Source: Caecitellus pseudoparvulus
Lineage: Eukaryota > Protista > Bigyra: Bicosoecida
Reading direction: 5' to 3'
NCBI GenBank assembly: GCA_965644315.1
Contig: CBFFRQ010000064.1
Coordinates: forward strand, 325,863 to 389,862
DNA length: 64,000 nt
Made by a program: the position numbers and the translations under genes
Part shown: one piece after another, positions 40,540-52,692 of the stretch
Layout of the letters: each line of letters starts with the position of its first letter
Numbering within the stretch: the first letter of the stretch is position 1
Notes under the pieces: generated by a model
What the model was told of the DNA's origin: nothing
Database searches by the model: none
What the model saw: only the letters and a program-made list of their open reading frames with translations

Positions 40540-41491
40540 ATGAGCTTCATTGATACAGCAAGTGGTTTCATTGGGGCTGTGTGCCTCACCTATGCAGGTG
40601 CGAACTTTGGTGCCGCAGGCTGCGTCTCCACCACGTGCGGAAATTGCATCAGGCGCACGCAACATTGCGCTCTTTGCTTTGGCAGGACTTCCATTTGACG
40701 TCGTGAAACTGCACATGCAAACGGAGAGCGGTGTGGGAAACAGTGTGCTTCAGACTATGCGCCGCTTGGTAGCTCGGCAGGGCGTGTGGGCTCTTTGGTC
40801 AGGGGCTATGCCTGCTCTGGCTTCAGCAAGCATTGAGAACTCTGTCGTATTCACTGCGAACGGCTTCTTTCGCCGCACGTTGGCGGGGGGAGCACCAGAG
40901 GATAGTCTTTCTCTCCCACAGCACGCCCTGATTGGCGGTCTCAGTGGTGTCTTCAGCGCCACGGCCATTTGCCCTGCTGAGGTGGTAAAGTGCCGCATGC
41001 AGTATTCAGTTGGAAGCACCCCCCTTCAGTGCATTCGAGCAGTACTCAGCGAGGCAGGCTTAAAAGGACTCTTTCATGGCCTTGGCCCTTTGCTTGCACG
41101 AGACGTTCCGTTCAACACCCTCTTCTTTGGAAGCTACCGATCGTACTGTGCCGCGGCTGGAAGCCTTCGAGGGCTGTGGAGTGGAGGGCAGTCTGCACAG
41201 CACCATGAACTGTCTGGGGCCGAGTATTTTTTGTGTGGGGGCTTTGCAGGGATGACTGCTTGGAGCATCATTTTCCCGTTTGATTGCGTCAAGTCTAGGG
41301 TGCAGTCAGGTGCTGCTAGTGGCTCCGCCGTGAACGTTGCGTCTGCAATGTGGCGAGCGGAGGGCATAAGGGCATTTTACAAGGGGTGGAGTGCTGCTGT
41401 GTTGCGTGGCTTCCCAGCGAATGCTGCCTTGCTTCTTGGAGTGGAACTGTCTGCCCAGTTCATGCGTGAGCTTTTTGCAGAGCCAGTCTAG
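40540..41491 (+). CDS. Mitochondrial carrier (SLC25, carnitine/basic amino-acid carrier-like), 2 exons
   Basis: Three PxD/ExxK signatures (PFDVVK, PAEVVKCRMQ, PFDCVKSRVQ), LARDVP, LRGFPANA. Confidence 0.93.
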
Positions 41492-41680
41492 AGCGGCAGC
41501 CATACATCAACCATTCATCGCCAAATTCATGTGTCCTTCCACGTGTTTTCTTGCACGCAAGGTGCACTGCTTGCTTCCTCCCAATATGGCCTGGTGTCCA
41601 AGGCCAGAGCAGGGCGGGTCAGGCGATGAGAGTTTGTGTGGCGGCGCCAGCGACCCGTTGGATTGAAAGCAAGCGATAGC

Positions 41681-42925
41681 ATGGACACTCTCAAGCACCA
41701 TGCATTCCAAGCGTGCCTCCTTGCAGCTGCTCTTGAAGAGAGGTTCAATGCTCACGGGTTTTCAGCATCGTTGACCCTGCGGAAACTGGCTTGCAGTCCG
41801 CAAGCTTCCTCGCCTCGAGCTGCTGCTCGCGTCCTCAAAGCAGTGATCCGGACTTGGAGGAGGCAGATTTCGAGTCAGAGTGAGGGGCATCCTGTGCATG
41901 CAATCGTGCTGGAGCTGCGGGCAGTGCACAGAACCTTGCAGGGCATGGTGGAGCTGGAGATTGAAGTGGCCCATGCTGAAGGCATTGAAGTAGTGCAGCG
42001 GGCTTCAGCTGAAAGACTGAGCCCTTCGATCCCCGAGCCTCGATCTGTAACAGACCTCCCCGAACCACACACGCCCAGCCCCCGCGCGCGAGTGCGTGAC
42101 AGCGCCAGTTGCCAGCAATTGCAACGCAGCAGAGAGAGGCAACATGGCGCCAGGCCCGGCACGACTCAGGCTTCCCAAAGAGGCACTCGTCTACTCCAGG
42201 AACTGCGAAAGACCATTTCCCTTGCTGATGAACTCTTGCTCTCCCCTGGTACGCCAGTGAAGCCAGGCAGGGCTGCCTCGCCCAGCACATCGCCTGAAGC
42301 AGCTGGCACAACTGGCTACACAAGTGTCGAGCAGTCAAGACTTGAGGCACAGGAGATGATGAACCTTGCTACACGTCTTAACGATATTGTCAAGCGACAT
42401 GTGGAGCGGGAGAGTCCACCCAAGTTCTCTCACTTCGGTGGCCTTCGCAGAATCGGTGCGGGTGAGAGCGCAGCTTTACAACGCCCCTCAAAGCAGCATG
42501 AAGCCCGACTTAGTGCTACACAGCACCGGCTGCATTCAGCGTCACAGCGCGTGGCATCACCTGCTGGCGCCCGTGTGCTTGCCAGGCCAGTCGCTGCGCG
42601 TCCTGAATCCCCTGTTGCATACCGCCTAGAGCTGCCCTCCCGCACCAGCCCCGAGCATGCTGTGCAACGGATGCGAGATACGTACACGGGAAGCTATCAA
42701 GGGGAAAAGGCGCGTCTTGCACGGTCTGGCGAGACCCAAAGTGCCAGGCTGGGAAGGCGCCCTCCAGCTCGAGCAGGTCACTCCGTCAGTCCGCCAACAA
42801 GAGTGGCCCAGAAGTGCCAAAGGCAGATAGTTTCGAACGTCATGCGCCATGTGGACAGACGAAGCCCTGCAATCGCTGCCAGGCGACCAGTGGCGGGGTG
42901 GTTGAACGTGAGTCAGCCCTGGTAG
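41681..42925 (+). CDS. Hypothetical protein
   Basis: About 414-aa ORF from ATG 41681 filling the gap between known genes. No motif recognised. Confidence 0.55.
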   Translation: MDTLKHHAFQACLLAAALEERFNAHGFSASLTLRKLACSPQASSPRAAARVLKAVIRTWRRQISSQSEGHPVHAIVLELRAVHRTLQGMVELEIEVAHAEGIEVVQRASAERLSPSIPEPRSVTDLPEPHTPSPRARVRDSASCQQLQRSRERQHGARPGTTQASQRGTRLLQELRKTISLADELLLSPGTPVKPGRAASPSTSPEAAGTTGYTSVEQSRLEAQEMMNLATRLNDIVKRHVERESPPKFSHFGGLRRIGAGESAALQRPSKQHEARLSATQHRLHSASQRVASPAGARVLARPVAARPESPVAYRLELPSRTSPEHAVQRMRDTYTGSYQGEKARLARSGETQSARLGRRPPARAGHSVSPPTRVAQKCQRQIVSNVMRHVDRRSPAIAARRPVAGWLNVSQPW

Positions 42926-43787
42926 TGGTGTGTCGCTGGCAAGATGAAAGACTCTCCGCACTGTGCGTCTTGAACAGGGGGATTGAACGGTGAGGCAGAA
43001 AAGTTTACATCTGGGCAGTTGATGAGTGTGAGGTTGGTTGAATAGCACAAGAAAATCGTGGAAAGCCAAGCGTTGTCTGGCCCATTGCAGCGAAGTTGAC
43101 CTGTCACACCGAAGCGGCGCTGTAGGACTCCCAGCAGGTCCACGGAAGCATAAGGCGCTTGCCGTGGAATGAAATTGGAATCGCGGAGCACGCTTGTAAG
43201 ATCATGTTGCCGGTGGAAGCCCAGCACCGTCTTGAAGAATGTGAGAGGCGTCGGGAGCAGACTGGGCATGAACGCTGACGCGCATGTGCCATGTTTTGTC
43301 CACTCGTGGCGCCAAAACGCAGGGTAGTTCGAGGTGTTCCGATACGAAGAGTACTCTGGCCATTCAGTCAACTGCGCGGACGCGGGTGCCAATGGGTGAC
43401 GGGCATGCACCACTGCACACGCATCCCTCACGCAAACGAACCATTTGCTGGTGCAAGGCAGGAGGCAGCGGGTCTGGCATGGGCTGACCCGTGCAATTAC
43501 ACGGCCAGTTTCCATCCAGGTCATTTGGCCACAGCCCTGTGTGGAGCACGCTCTCAGTGAACGCTGCTGATTTGGTTCGCGTTTCAGAGGTGTTTCGTAC
43601 CGTGGATTGTGAAACTTTCCGGTGCGCCTGTGCAGCCGAACAAGCCGCACTGAGTCGGTGCCCAGAACTCCACGAGGAACAAGAAATCAAAAGGTCCTCC
43701 CTCCGTGCAGTGCCCGGCAGCGTCAATCCCCACTGCCAGCAGCAGGACGCCTGTCCCCCAAGCAAGAAGTGCAGTGGAGAGATGCAT
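42913..43787 (-). CDS. Secreted ribonuclease T2, 3 exons
   Basis: Signal peptide, CAS I FTIHG|LWPN and CAS II FWRHEWTKHGTCA. Confidence 0.95.
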
Positions 43788-43862
43788 GGTGGTGGCGCAA
43801 CCAAGCGGGGACACAACAACGAGTCTGTGCACACACTGGGCCAGGGGCAAGACTGGTGGGAT

Positions 43863-46339
43863 TTATTTTTGTGGCACAGTGTGCCGCTCAGCAGCGTCTG
43901 CGCCACTTGGAATGGGGAGTGCTGTGGCGTCGGCCTTTCCATGAGCTGCCTCCAGTCTGGACATGTCTCCGGTGCTGCTGGAGTAGCAGATTCGGGCCAG
44001 GGCCGCCGGCCTGAGCTCAGCTGCAATGGGGTGGTGATTGCCCTGACCAAGCTCTTCTTGCAAAAGGGTCCACAGCTGCCTGGCGCGAGGGGTCCAAGTG
44101 GCATGTTGTGCTGCACCTCCGCCCGCGTCGGAAGACCCTGAGCTTGCACTCGCCTGGAGGGCTTCGTGCCTGCTCTGGACTGCTAGTGTTGCAGCATGCC
44201 GGCCAAATGGTGGTGTAGGGGTGTCGGTGGGAATCCTGCGCCGCTGAGGCGTAGGCGAGCCGCCGTCTGCAGCTAATGCTTGGGCGGCAGACGTTGCGAG
44301 GGCAGCGAAGTCCGTCGATGGCGGTCGAGCATCTTCTGTTTCCGGTGAAGCCAGCGAGCGCCGGACCACGTCCACGATGAAGGCTGTGTGGCATTGAGCG
44401 GCAACAACGGCGGCGATGAAGTCGACGAGCATCTTCTCAGCATAGGAAGCACCGGCAGGGTACACCCCCGTGTGCCAAGCACAGTGGCCGCCTCGATTTG
44501 TGCGAGCAAAGATGACGTTAGGGTTCTCAAGTCCTGCTCGCTCAAGGGTATTGAAAAAGGATGGCGCCATCATGGGGTCGTCACGTGCAGTCATGATGAG
44601 GGTCGGCACGCGGATCTTGTGCAAGTTGTTCCCGGCTGTGTTCATATAGTGCGGGGCTGTGGGGTTTCCGAAGGGGGAGTATGCTGCCTCTGGCAGTGGC
44701 CGTAAGGTGTCGCGGGAGGCAATGCGGTGCATGTGCACGGTATGGGGGTCATTGAAGCCGTCCTCGCTGCTGGGCGGCAAGGCCGTCGTTCCCTCAGTAT
44801 GCCACTCTGACACCAGTGCTGCCTCACTCGTGGGGGAAGTTGGACGTGGTACCTTTGGAGCTTCGTCATACTCGGCACCAGCAGCCGGCAGCACCGCCTC
44901 TAGCGCTTCCTCTGCATCGTGAGGTGCTTGCTGCAGCCGTCCGTCGGTCTGAGCGGCGTCCGTTCCAGCAGCAGATGACAGAGTCGCGCCTGCAACACCC
45001 GATGGGGCAGCCGGGGCTGCAGCTTGCATGATTGGGTGGGTCTTTCGCCACTCTCTTGCTTCGTACGGGTCATGCGGGTGGTTCGAAAACGTTGAGAGGT
45101 GGCACAGCATTGAGTCATAGATCTGGTGAGCGCCCATGCGCCCCATTCGTGAGAGAAAAGGACGCATAGATTCTTGATCCAGCAGACGGTCTCCTGCCAG
45201 GTGTCTTCTGACGCATGCCCGGATGCAGCCGTCCATGGCTAGTCGGTAGGAGACGTTGTGGTGGCGCCGCATGTGGTGGATCATTTTGACCAAGTCCAGT
45301 GCCGGGGAGATGGCGACTGCTCCCACTAGGGGGACTCTTTCCCCCATCGCCTCCAAGTATGACAGCAGTACGTGCCCCCCAGCCGAGAATCCCACTGCAA
45401 AGATCGGTGCAGCCGGGTACCTGGCAGAGATAGTGGTGAGGGCCACCTCCACGTCCCGAGTCTCGGCAAAGTCAATGCGCCATCGATCGTGCACGACAGA
45501 ACGCCAGCCTCGAGAGCTGCAGAGCTCCACAATGTTTCTGCAGTAGTTGTCTGTTGCGGAGCCGTAGATGCCGTGCAGGATGAAGACGATGGGCGCGTCC
45601 GGGGGTATGCCGGCGTTGGATTCATCCTTGGCCCAGTCCAACACCACCTCGTTGCCGTCGAAGGATGGGAGCGTCTCTCGCCGATAGGAAGCAAAGGGTT
45701 TCAAGGCTTCGTCCAGTTTGTTCAATGAGTTGCACAGGATGGACTGTGCATGTGCGTTGAATGCCCAAAACACTGGCCGAAACATGGGGAGCTCAAAGCG
45801 CTCCATGATCATGGCATTCCAGCTGGACCGTCGGTAGAACACCACCGGTCGTTCCACGACGTTAAAGTAGTAATAGAGGAGCCACACAAGCACAAACCAA
45901 AAGCTGAAGAGGCTGCCAAAGGTGCCCTTGCGGAGCCAGCGGGGCATCCACATGACGTGCGGGCCGAGGTACCTGCCTGCCAGCGCCAGTGCAGCGCTGC
46001 TGAGCAGGAGATTGCGCAAATGAGGTGACTGGAGGGAGTAGAGAATCGATCGTAGGCCATCACTGGGCCCCCACATCTGCAAGATGGAGTGTGGTCCCCT
46101 GCGAGCAGCAAAAGCAGGAGTGAGCCGCAACAATCAATCCTTCACAAATTCCGCTGCCACCCCACGCACAGTAATTGCCGAAGCTGGGACCATTGGCGAG
46201 TTAAACCTGCACCAGCGCCGATGATGGCCAGTAAAATGAACACACGAATGGAGGAGTGCCCTTGCTGGGAGAACCCCCACTCCCAGAGGCGCCCAAGAAA
46301 GCCCTGGCCAGGGACAGGTCTGCTTTGGCTGGAGCCCAT
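43863..46339 (-). CDS. Membrane-anchored alpha/beta hydrolase (ABHD1-3/YheT-like)
   Basis: NAHAQS, YRRETL..DGNEVVLDW, LHGIYG, GFSAG nucleophile, ARDDP, GGHCAW. The upstream exon starting at 46339 is tentative. Confidence 0.85.
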
Positions 46340-46543
46340 GCTGCAACGCTACCGAAGGGCCGGGCCAGAGTCCCTGCTGGCTGGGGGGTTGACCGTGAGC
46401 ACCCTGGCAGCGCCCGTTGCACTTCACGATTTTGTTCAAAAGTGGTGTTTTCCCTGCACTGCCAACGCCCCCCTTGAAAACACCTCCGAGCGCTTCACCT
46501 GTCTCTTTCGCCTCCCTTCCACAGCCTCCCGCAGCACTTCAGC

Positions 46544-47867
46544 ATGGAGTCAAGCTTCGCGGAGATGCTGGCTCAGGTCTCTGACGTTGCAGCAGAGCGC
46601 GATGCAGCAAAGCAAGCCCTAAGGACTGAAAGCGCCCGGCTTCAAGATAGCAACGAACAGCTGCGCGCGGGTGAGCCTCCGCTTTCGCGTGCAGCAAGGG
46701 AAGCGTGAAACGTTGCATGCCGCTTGCGTTGCAGCCCAAGGCCGCATCCGTGAGCTTGAACAACGGTGCACGGAGCTTTCAAGTCAGAAGTCTTCTCTTC
46801 AACACGACCTTGCAGCGTACGGTAGACCACCAGAGCCCGAGCAGGCTGCTCAAAGCACCGCCCGCGCCTTCTGCCAACGCAGGAGCAAGGCAGCGTTGGC
46901 TGAGGCGCAAGCCTCGCTGCATGCCACGCGCCAGAAGCGCACCCAGGTTGAGTCCAGCCTGGAGGTTTACAAATCTCACCTTCGTAAGGCAAAGCTCAAC
47001 TTCAACCTTGCCATGCAGCGCGTGCCAAACTTGGTGGCCACCGTGCATTCAGCCGCCCTTCCGACCCCCAGCACGCTGCAGCCCGAGCAATCCCCCATGC
47101 AGGCAGCTTACGCAGCCCTTGTTCGCCATGTGGCTGAGACCAAGCAAGGCCCTGATGTCGCCCAGGCAGCACCAACGGGTGTGGCCGTCGTTGAGCCGGG
47201 CGGTGCTGAGCAGTCTCAGAAAGACACCCGGCTTGACAGCGGCAGAGCCGAATGTGCAGAGACCCTTCTGTGGGTGAAAGCTGTAGCCATAAGTCACAAT
47301 CATTTAGAGCTTTTGGCGGAGGTCATGCAACTGTAAGTTTGCAGCACATGCTCGCGTGCCATGCAGGCTTGCACCACACACCCGCACCCGCACAGTCGGG
47401 TGGATGCCCTCCGTGACCTCGCCACGAGGGCAATCGGGTACCTGGGCCAACGGAGCACAGAGACGGCGGTGGGCCTGGTGAAAGCAGCGATGGAAATCAA
47501 GGGGGTCTTCGAAGAGCAGCTTCTGCCACTTGTCAGCATGCGCCAGGAAGCCGCAGAGGAAGCTTCACGCGCACCGATGCCGCAAGCTGTCCGGGAAGTG
47601 CTACAGGAGCAAGGCATTGTGCCCCTTGACTCAGGTGCTCCAGGACCGTGTGTGTTGGAAGCAGCCCAGGCTGAGTGGGAGGCCAAGCACGGGGAGCCTG
47701 CTCCACAGTATGCCCTGCCCAGCGACTGCGACACGGCCGCTGCATGCGCACTGCAGGCGCTCATGGAACAGGTTCAGCAGGAGGAAGACCAGAGCCAGGA
47801 TCCCCCCTCAAGCACCCAGCTTCAGCGGAAGACCTCCATGCCAGCGCCCAAGCGCCGGCGCAAGTAA
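46544..47867 (+). CDS. Hypothetical coiled-coil protein, 3 exons, with C-terminal NLS-like PKRRRK
   Basis: MESSFAEMLAQ...; GT-AG introns link ORFs 46671-47336 and 47361-47867. Confidence 0.6.
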
Positions 47868-47977
47868 AAAAGTGCATGAAACGCTGGCGAAACGGTGAGC
47901 TGACTATTCCCGGGCCTGGCTCGGCTCCCGGAAGCGCTTCTGGGAAAGCTTGCAGATTTCACAGTCATCAGGCATGG

Positions 47978-48347
47978 ATGAATCCTCTCCAGGTGGGGCC
48001 AGCTTGGCAGCTTGCTCAGCTGCCTCTCGTTCAAGCTCACGAAGAACTCCCTGGTGCATACGCTGGAGGAGAAACACGCTCAAGAGTTGAAGGGCGCACC
48101 GGGCAAGTCGAGCAGGGAAGCACCTACATCACGCTCAGCTTGCTGCTGGTAATGCACGAAGTACACACAACCTGCAGCCAGGCCAGTCACTGCCATGAGA
48201 GTCTTGTACGCTCGACTGCTGGCCATGTTGAAAGGTCGTGGATCAAGAGTGAGCTACGAGGCAAACAACACACGCTCCTGCTTTCAACCGAAAAATCAAC
48301 GTCGCCGTCCGACAACTGGAGGTGAGCAGCAATCTGGTGTGTGGTAA
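47978..48347 (+). CDS. Putative small spliced gene (about 85 aa)
   Basis: MNPLQ|LTKNSLVHTLEEKHAQELKGAP|ARPVTAMRVLYARLLAMLKG...VW* needs one GT-AG and one GC-AG intron. Its stop lies 34 bp from the convergent gene. Confidence 0.3.
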
Positions 48348-48381
48348 ATTGTAGATGAGGCCCCCAGAGAAGCTCCGCTGC

Positions 48382-50304
48382 CTACTGCCGTCCTCTACGT
48401 CTGCGTCTGCCACGCGACGAATCAGGCCTCGAGGTGCTTTCAGAGCCGGAAACTTGGCTTGTTCTGGAATTCCTAGGCGTCCGCACGGCGCGTCCAGTCC
48501 CTCGAGCTCTGCGCCGCGGTTGGGGTGCTCCAGAGCGGCCTCGCCGAGCCCTGCTCCTGGCATTGCCTGTCCTTGCTGTTGAGACGTCTGCTCGAACTCC
48601 CCCGCCTGCACTGAGGAGAGAGAAGAATGATTCGTCTTCCTCAGCTGTGCTGCCAACAAGCGGGCGTTGCTGCCTTGTGCGCCTCGCAATGGGCGTGTCG
48701 GGCTCGGCGAGCACCTCCCTTGCACCATCTGCTTGGGGCGCTGTATCGTCGGACGCTGTTTCAGCTCCACCTGATGCAGCTGCTGCCTCATCATGAAGGG
48801 AAGGGGCAAATCCCAGTTGAGCCAAGGCCATGCCTAGGTCTGTGTGGCCGTGTGCAGGGATCGACCCGTCCTCCCCATCAGAGGCTGGAAAGGCAAGGTC
48901 GCCCCCCTCCTCCCCCCCCCCCTGGCTGCCGTCATCCGAGTCACAGCCCGAGTCTGACGACTCATCTGATGCAGCCATGAGCACCAGGCGAAAAGCAGCT
49001 GGCGAGTCGTCGCCGCTCTCGCCCAACAACGCCGCGAGTTGAGGTGGTAGCCCCGCGATGCCCATGTCCGCCAGAGCCTGCACCGGGATGAGCATGGAAT
49101 CATCTTGCTCCCGCTTGATTTCGTTAAAGGCCGCTGCTGTGGCATGGTACGCAGACACGGTTGGCGGGCTTTCGCCGGCGGCTGGCGTCCCCCCCAGCTG
49201 CTCTTTGCACGAGTTCAAGAACGCCAGCACAGCATCCCGGTGCTTCAGAGGGTTGGGGGTGGGCCTTCGCTCAGGACCCTGCACTGTGCAGATCATCATG
49301 TCAATGGCCTGCAGTGTGTAGTCTGCGCAGGAGGGAAGGCACATGTACTTGAGCCCCGTCGTCAGGGCTTGGAGCCGTCAAGCCACCCACGCACCCCTGT
49401 CTAGGCTCGCCATCTGCTGCAAGACATTCGCCAGCTGAGGGAAGATGTCAACTTGAAAGACTCTCTGTGTTGTGAGCAAGTGTGTGGCCTGGTGCGCGGG
49501 GCGGGCGCATGTAGAGAGCATCGCAGCACACACCTGTGCGGTGCTTGCTGAGAAAGGCTCGCGTTCCAGCTCAGCCAAGCACTCTGCAATGTGCTCATGG
49601 GCAAGGCGCTCCACACCAGTGACTGCGACAAGGCGACTTTTCGAGGCTGAGTACTCGTCCCCGCGGCTGCGTTTGGCGGCGGACGGGAGGGTCAGCCCCT
49701 CCTCAGCAGCCATGGCATCCAGCGCTTGCAACGTTTCGTCTGAGAAGGGCACTCGAGTCTCCGGGTCACGGAAATCGCCTGTGGCAACCAAGTACTCAAC
49801 AAGGGCGTGGAGATCAAAGGCACCAGTGCTGTCACGGCCCCGGGAGTACGAAAACACACGCCTAGCTGATGCAAGGGGCTCCAAGGTGATGGGGTCTGTC
49901 CGGTCACCCCACTTGGCAGATGGCGAGCTTGGGCCTTCTGATGTGTGGCTCCGAGCGCGTTTGACCCCTCTTCGTTGATCCCGCGGAGCAGCCTGCTCCG
50001 CGGGTTGCTGCACTGCTGCATCCAGCACCATCTGCACAGCCTTGCTCAGCAGAGCAGGGCTGGAAACGCTGCCCCGCACGCGTCGTGCCTGGTTACGAAG
50101 TTGCCTGTGGGAAAGCTGGCCCGCCAAAGATCTAGCCAGAATCAAGACGTCCTTTTCTTCACTCAGTTCGTGCCGCTTGCTGTCAGGGGCCAATCTGCGC
50201 GCAAACGTTCAGGAGTCATGCAGCGTGGTTGGGAAGTTGCCACGAGCAGTGTTCGCCACCCACGCTAAAAGGCATGAAATCAAGTCACTGGACGCGGATG
50301 CCAT
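48382..50304 (-). CDS. Protein with U-box/RING-like domain and acidic/disordered tail, multi-exon
   Basis: DPITLEPL...FDLHALVEYL...DPETRVPFS pattern. Introns join ORFs 49378-50193 and 48382-49344. Start codon tentative. Confidence 0.6.
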
Positions 50305-50397
50305 CGCAACGCAACTCCAACGTCCTATTGATGGGGAAACTCGGTCCACTCGGCTGCAGCTTGAAGAAAGAGGGCTATTCAGCCACTGAACAGGGAA

Positions 50398-50423
50398 GCT
50401 GGCGTTTCGGCCGAAACGCCAGC
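50398..50423. repeat. Perfect 26-bp palindrome GCTGGCGTTTCGG|CCGAAACGCCAGC
   Basis: 13-bp arms, no spacer, in a divergent intergenic region. Confidence 0.9.
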
Positions 50424-50562
50424 ACTTTGCGTTGCACTCGTCTGAAGTTCGCACAGAGAGGGTCGACAAAAAGAAAATCCTTGGGGGAAGCAGCATGTAT
50501 TTTGACGTGCTTGAAGTTTGTTACCTGGTCGTGAGAGTCGCTCAGTTTCGACTTTTGCCAGC

Positions 50563-51988
50563 ATGGCGGCTGCCGAGCGTGAGAGTGGAGCATGGTTGGC
50601 TTGCGGGGCCGGCAGTGCAGGCAGCCTGGCCACAGGGAACGAGGACGACATGCCAAACTTCACAAACACTGAAATCCCTGAAGACGCTCTTCGTGTAGCT
50701 CACGGGGGCTGCCATGGCGCCTGTGCGTGCCTCCAAGCCCTCCGCATCCGGCTCCCCACGCACTGGATTTTCACGCTACCGCTGCCCCGTGTCCCCCATC
50801 CCCTCAGACCTTGACTCCCAGGGACATGTATGGTTGTGGGGCGAAAACAAGCATGGGCAGTGCTCTGGCGCAGCTTCGAAGGAGGGAACGGGTTGGCAGC
50901 CGGTCCCCACGCGCCTACACAACGACTTGCTCAAGCAGCCAGTCTGCCAAGTTGCATGTGGGTGGGCACACTCGCTCTTCTTGCTCCAGGGAGGAACTAT
51001 TATGGCTTGTGGTGACAACACGTGGGGGCAGTGCGGCAGCCCCAAACTCTCAGACAGCCACGGCCTCGAGGAGGTGACCCTGGCTGCGGGTGGGATCACG
51101 TCTGTGGCGGTCAGCGCTGGGTTTCGGCACAGCGCAGCCGTGATGGCAGATGGCAGTGTCTTTCTGTGGGGGGACGACGCCCGGGGTCAGTGCTCTGGCT
51201 CCCCAGCCAGCAAGCCTGCGAGGCGGCCAGGCCAGCGTGGCCTCGCCCGACCCCCCCCCGCACTGCCCAGCCACACGTGGCAGCCCCCTTTCCCCGAGCA
51301 GGCCGCTGTGGCCGCCGCCCTTGGCTGGCGCCACACGCTGATTCTCCTAGCGTGCGGTGACGTCGTCAGCTTCGGTGATAACAGCGCAGGGCAGTGTGGC
51401 AGGCTGCCTCTGTGCAAGTGGTGCGCGCCCGGCAGTGTGCAGGGCGGGGCGGGGATGGGCCCAGTGGCGGGCATTGCGGCGGGCTGGAACCACGCCGTGG
51501 CACTGTGCAAGATACCTGGCGAGGCTGGGCAGGTTTGGACGTGGGGTCGCGGCGACATGGGGCAGCTCGGCCGCCCACTGCCGTCGGGCTGCAAGGGGGA
51601 CGCCGTTCCACACCCCGTGCAGCTGGCTGTGGACAGTGCAGGGGGCGGGGATGCTGCCGCTTTGAAGTTCATTGCGGCTGGCTCCAACCACTGCCTGTGC
51701 GCGACTTCGTCGGGCCAGTGCTGGAGCTGGGGCTGGGGCGAGCACGGCAACTTGGGACAGGGCACCACTGCGGACGAGGCAACGCCAGTGCGGATCTTGG
51801 GGCAGGCGCAGGGAATTGCAGGCCTCGCAGCCGCCGGGGCAGCTTCGTTCGCGAAAGTACATGGCGCTCTAGAAACTGCGCAGCATGCGGCAGAGTCTGT
51901 GGCCACTGGACCCTCGACAGTGTCGGGAGAGCAGCCAGCGCCAGAGCCAGGTGCTGGCTCCGCAGAGCAACATGACGAGCACTCTTGA
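50563..51988 (+). CDS. RCC1-repeat protein, SERGEF/DelGEF (yeast Ats1/Kti13)-like, 2 exons
   Basis: About 7 RCC1 repeats (WGENKHGQC, ACGWAHS, WGRGDMGQLG, WGWGEHGNLG). N-terminal GSLATGNEDD. Confidence 0.8.
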
Positions 51989-52125
51989 TTTCAGTCACAC
52001 TATCCACGGCCCGAACCAAAGACGCTTTGTTTTCTCCTTATGCATGTACTCTCCTCCTCCCCATTGCGCTGGCACGCTCCAGGAGCACGCAACCTTGACC
52101 CTGAGCCCGCGGAAATTGCTTCCAC

Positions 52126-52674
52126 ATGGCGGCTCCCCGGCGTTCCCGAGGGGCAGCAGTGCAAGAGGACCGGCCCTTGCCTTCCATGCACCTGGCAAAG
52201 ACGGACACCTCAGGAGTTTTCGATGCCTCCCCAATGTCCCCCATCCTCGCGTGCCTCGCTGCTTGGGCGTGTGGCATGGTTGCTTCGTGGGCTCTGCTGC
52301 CCCTCGCCATTTCGCACTCACCCGTGCACTCCATGATGCTGGGGGCCATGCCCATGCTGATCGGCGGGGGTGTTGTGTGGGGTGCCTGTACAGCGCTGGT
52401 GAAGACGAATGTCCCCATCCTCAAGCTAAGCCCTCCACGCAAACTCATCACGCGAGACGTATACAGCTTGAGCAGGAACCCGATGTATGTTGGACTGCTG
52501 CTGTGCACAGTCGGGCTCAGCATCGCCTGCAACACGTGGTGGGGTGCATTGTTTGCCATCCCAGTGGCGCTGTACCTGCACTTCATCGTGATTCCCGCCG
52601 AGGAGGTGGTGCTAGCCAAGCAGCACCCGCTGCCGTGGCGGCAGTATGTCACCCTCACACCCCGGTGGATTTGA
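52126..52674 (+). CDS. ICMT/PEMT-family membrane methyltransferase
   Basis: LITRDVYSLSRNPMYVG, IPAEEVVL, Y...TPRWI and several TM segments. Confidence 0.85.
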   Translation: MAAPRRSRGAAVQEDRPLPSMHLAKTDTSGVFDASPMSPILACLAAWACGMVASWALLPLAISHSPVHSMMLGAMPMLIGGGVVWGACTALVKTNVPILKLSPPRKLITRDVYSLSRNPMYVGLLLCTVGLSIACNTWWGALFAIPVALYLHFIVIPAEEVVLAKQHPLPWRQYVTLTPRWI

Positions 52675-52692
52675 CGGTCCGCGCCGCTGAAC

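Noticed and set aside
50563-51988. UVR8 UV-B receptor (GWRHT motif)
   Set aside because: Only one exact GWRHT rather than three. Termini fit SERGEF/Ats1 better.
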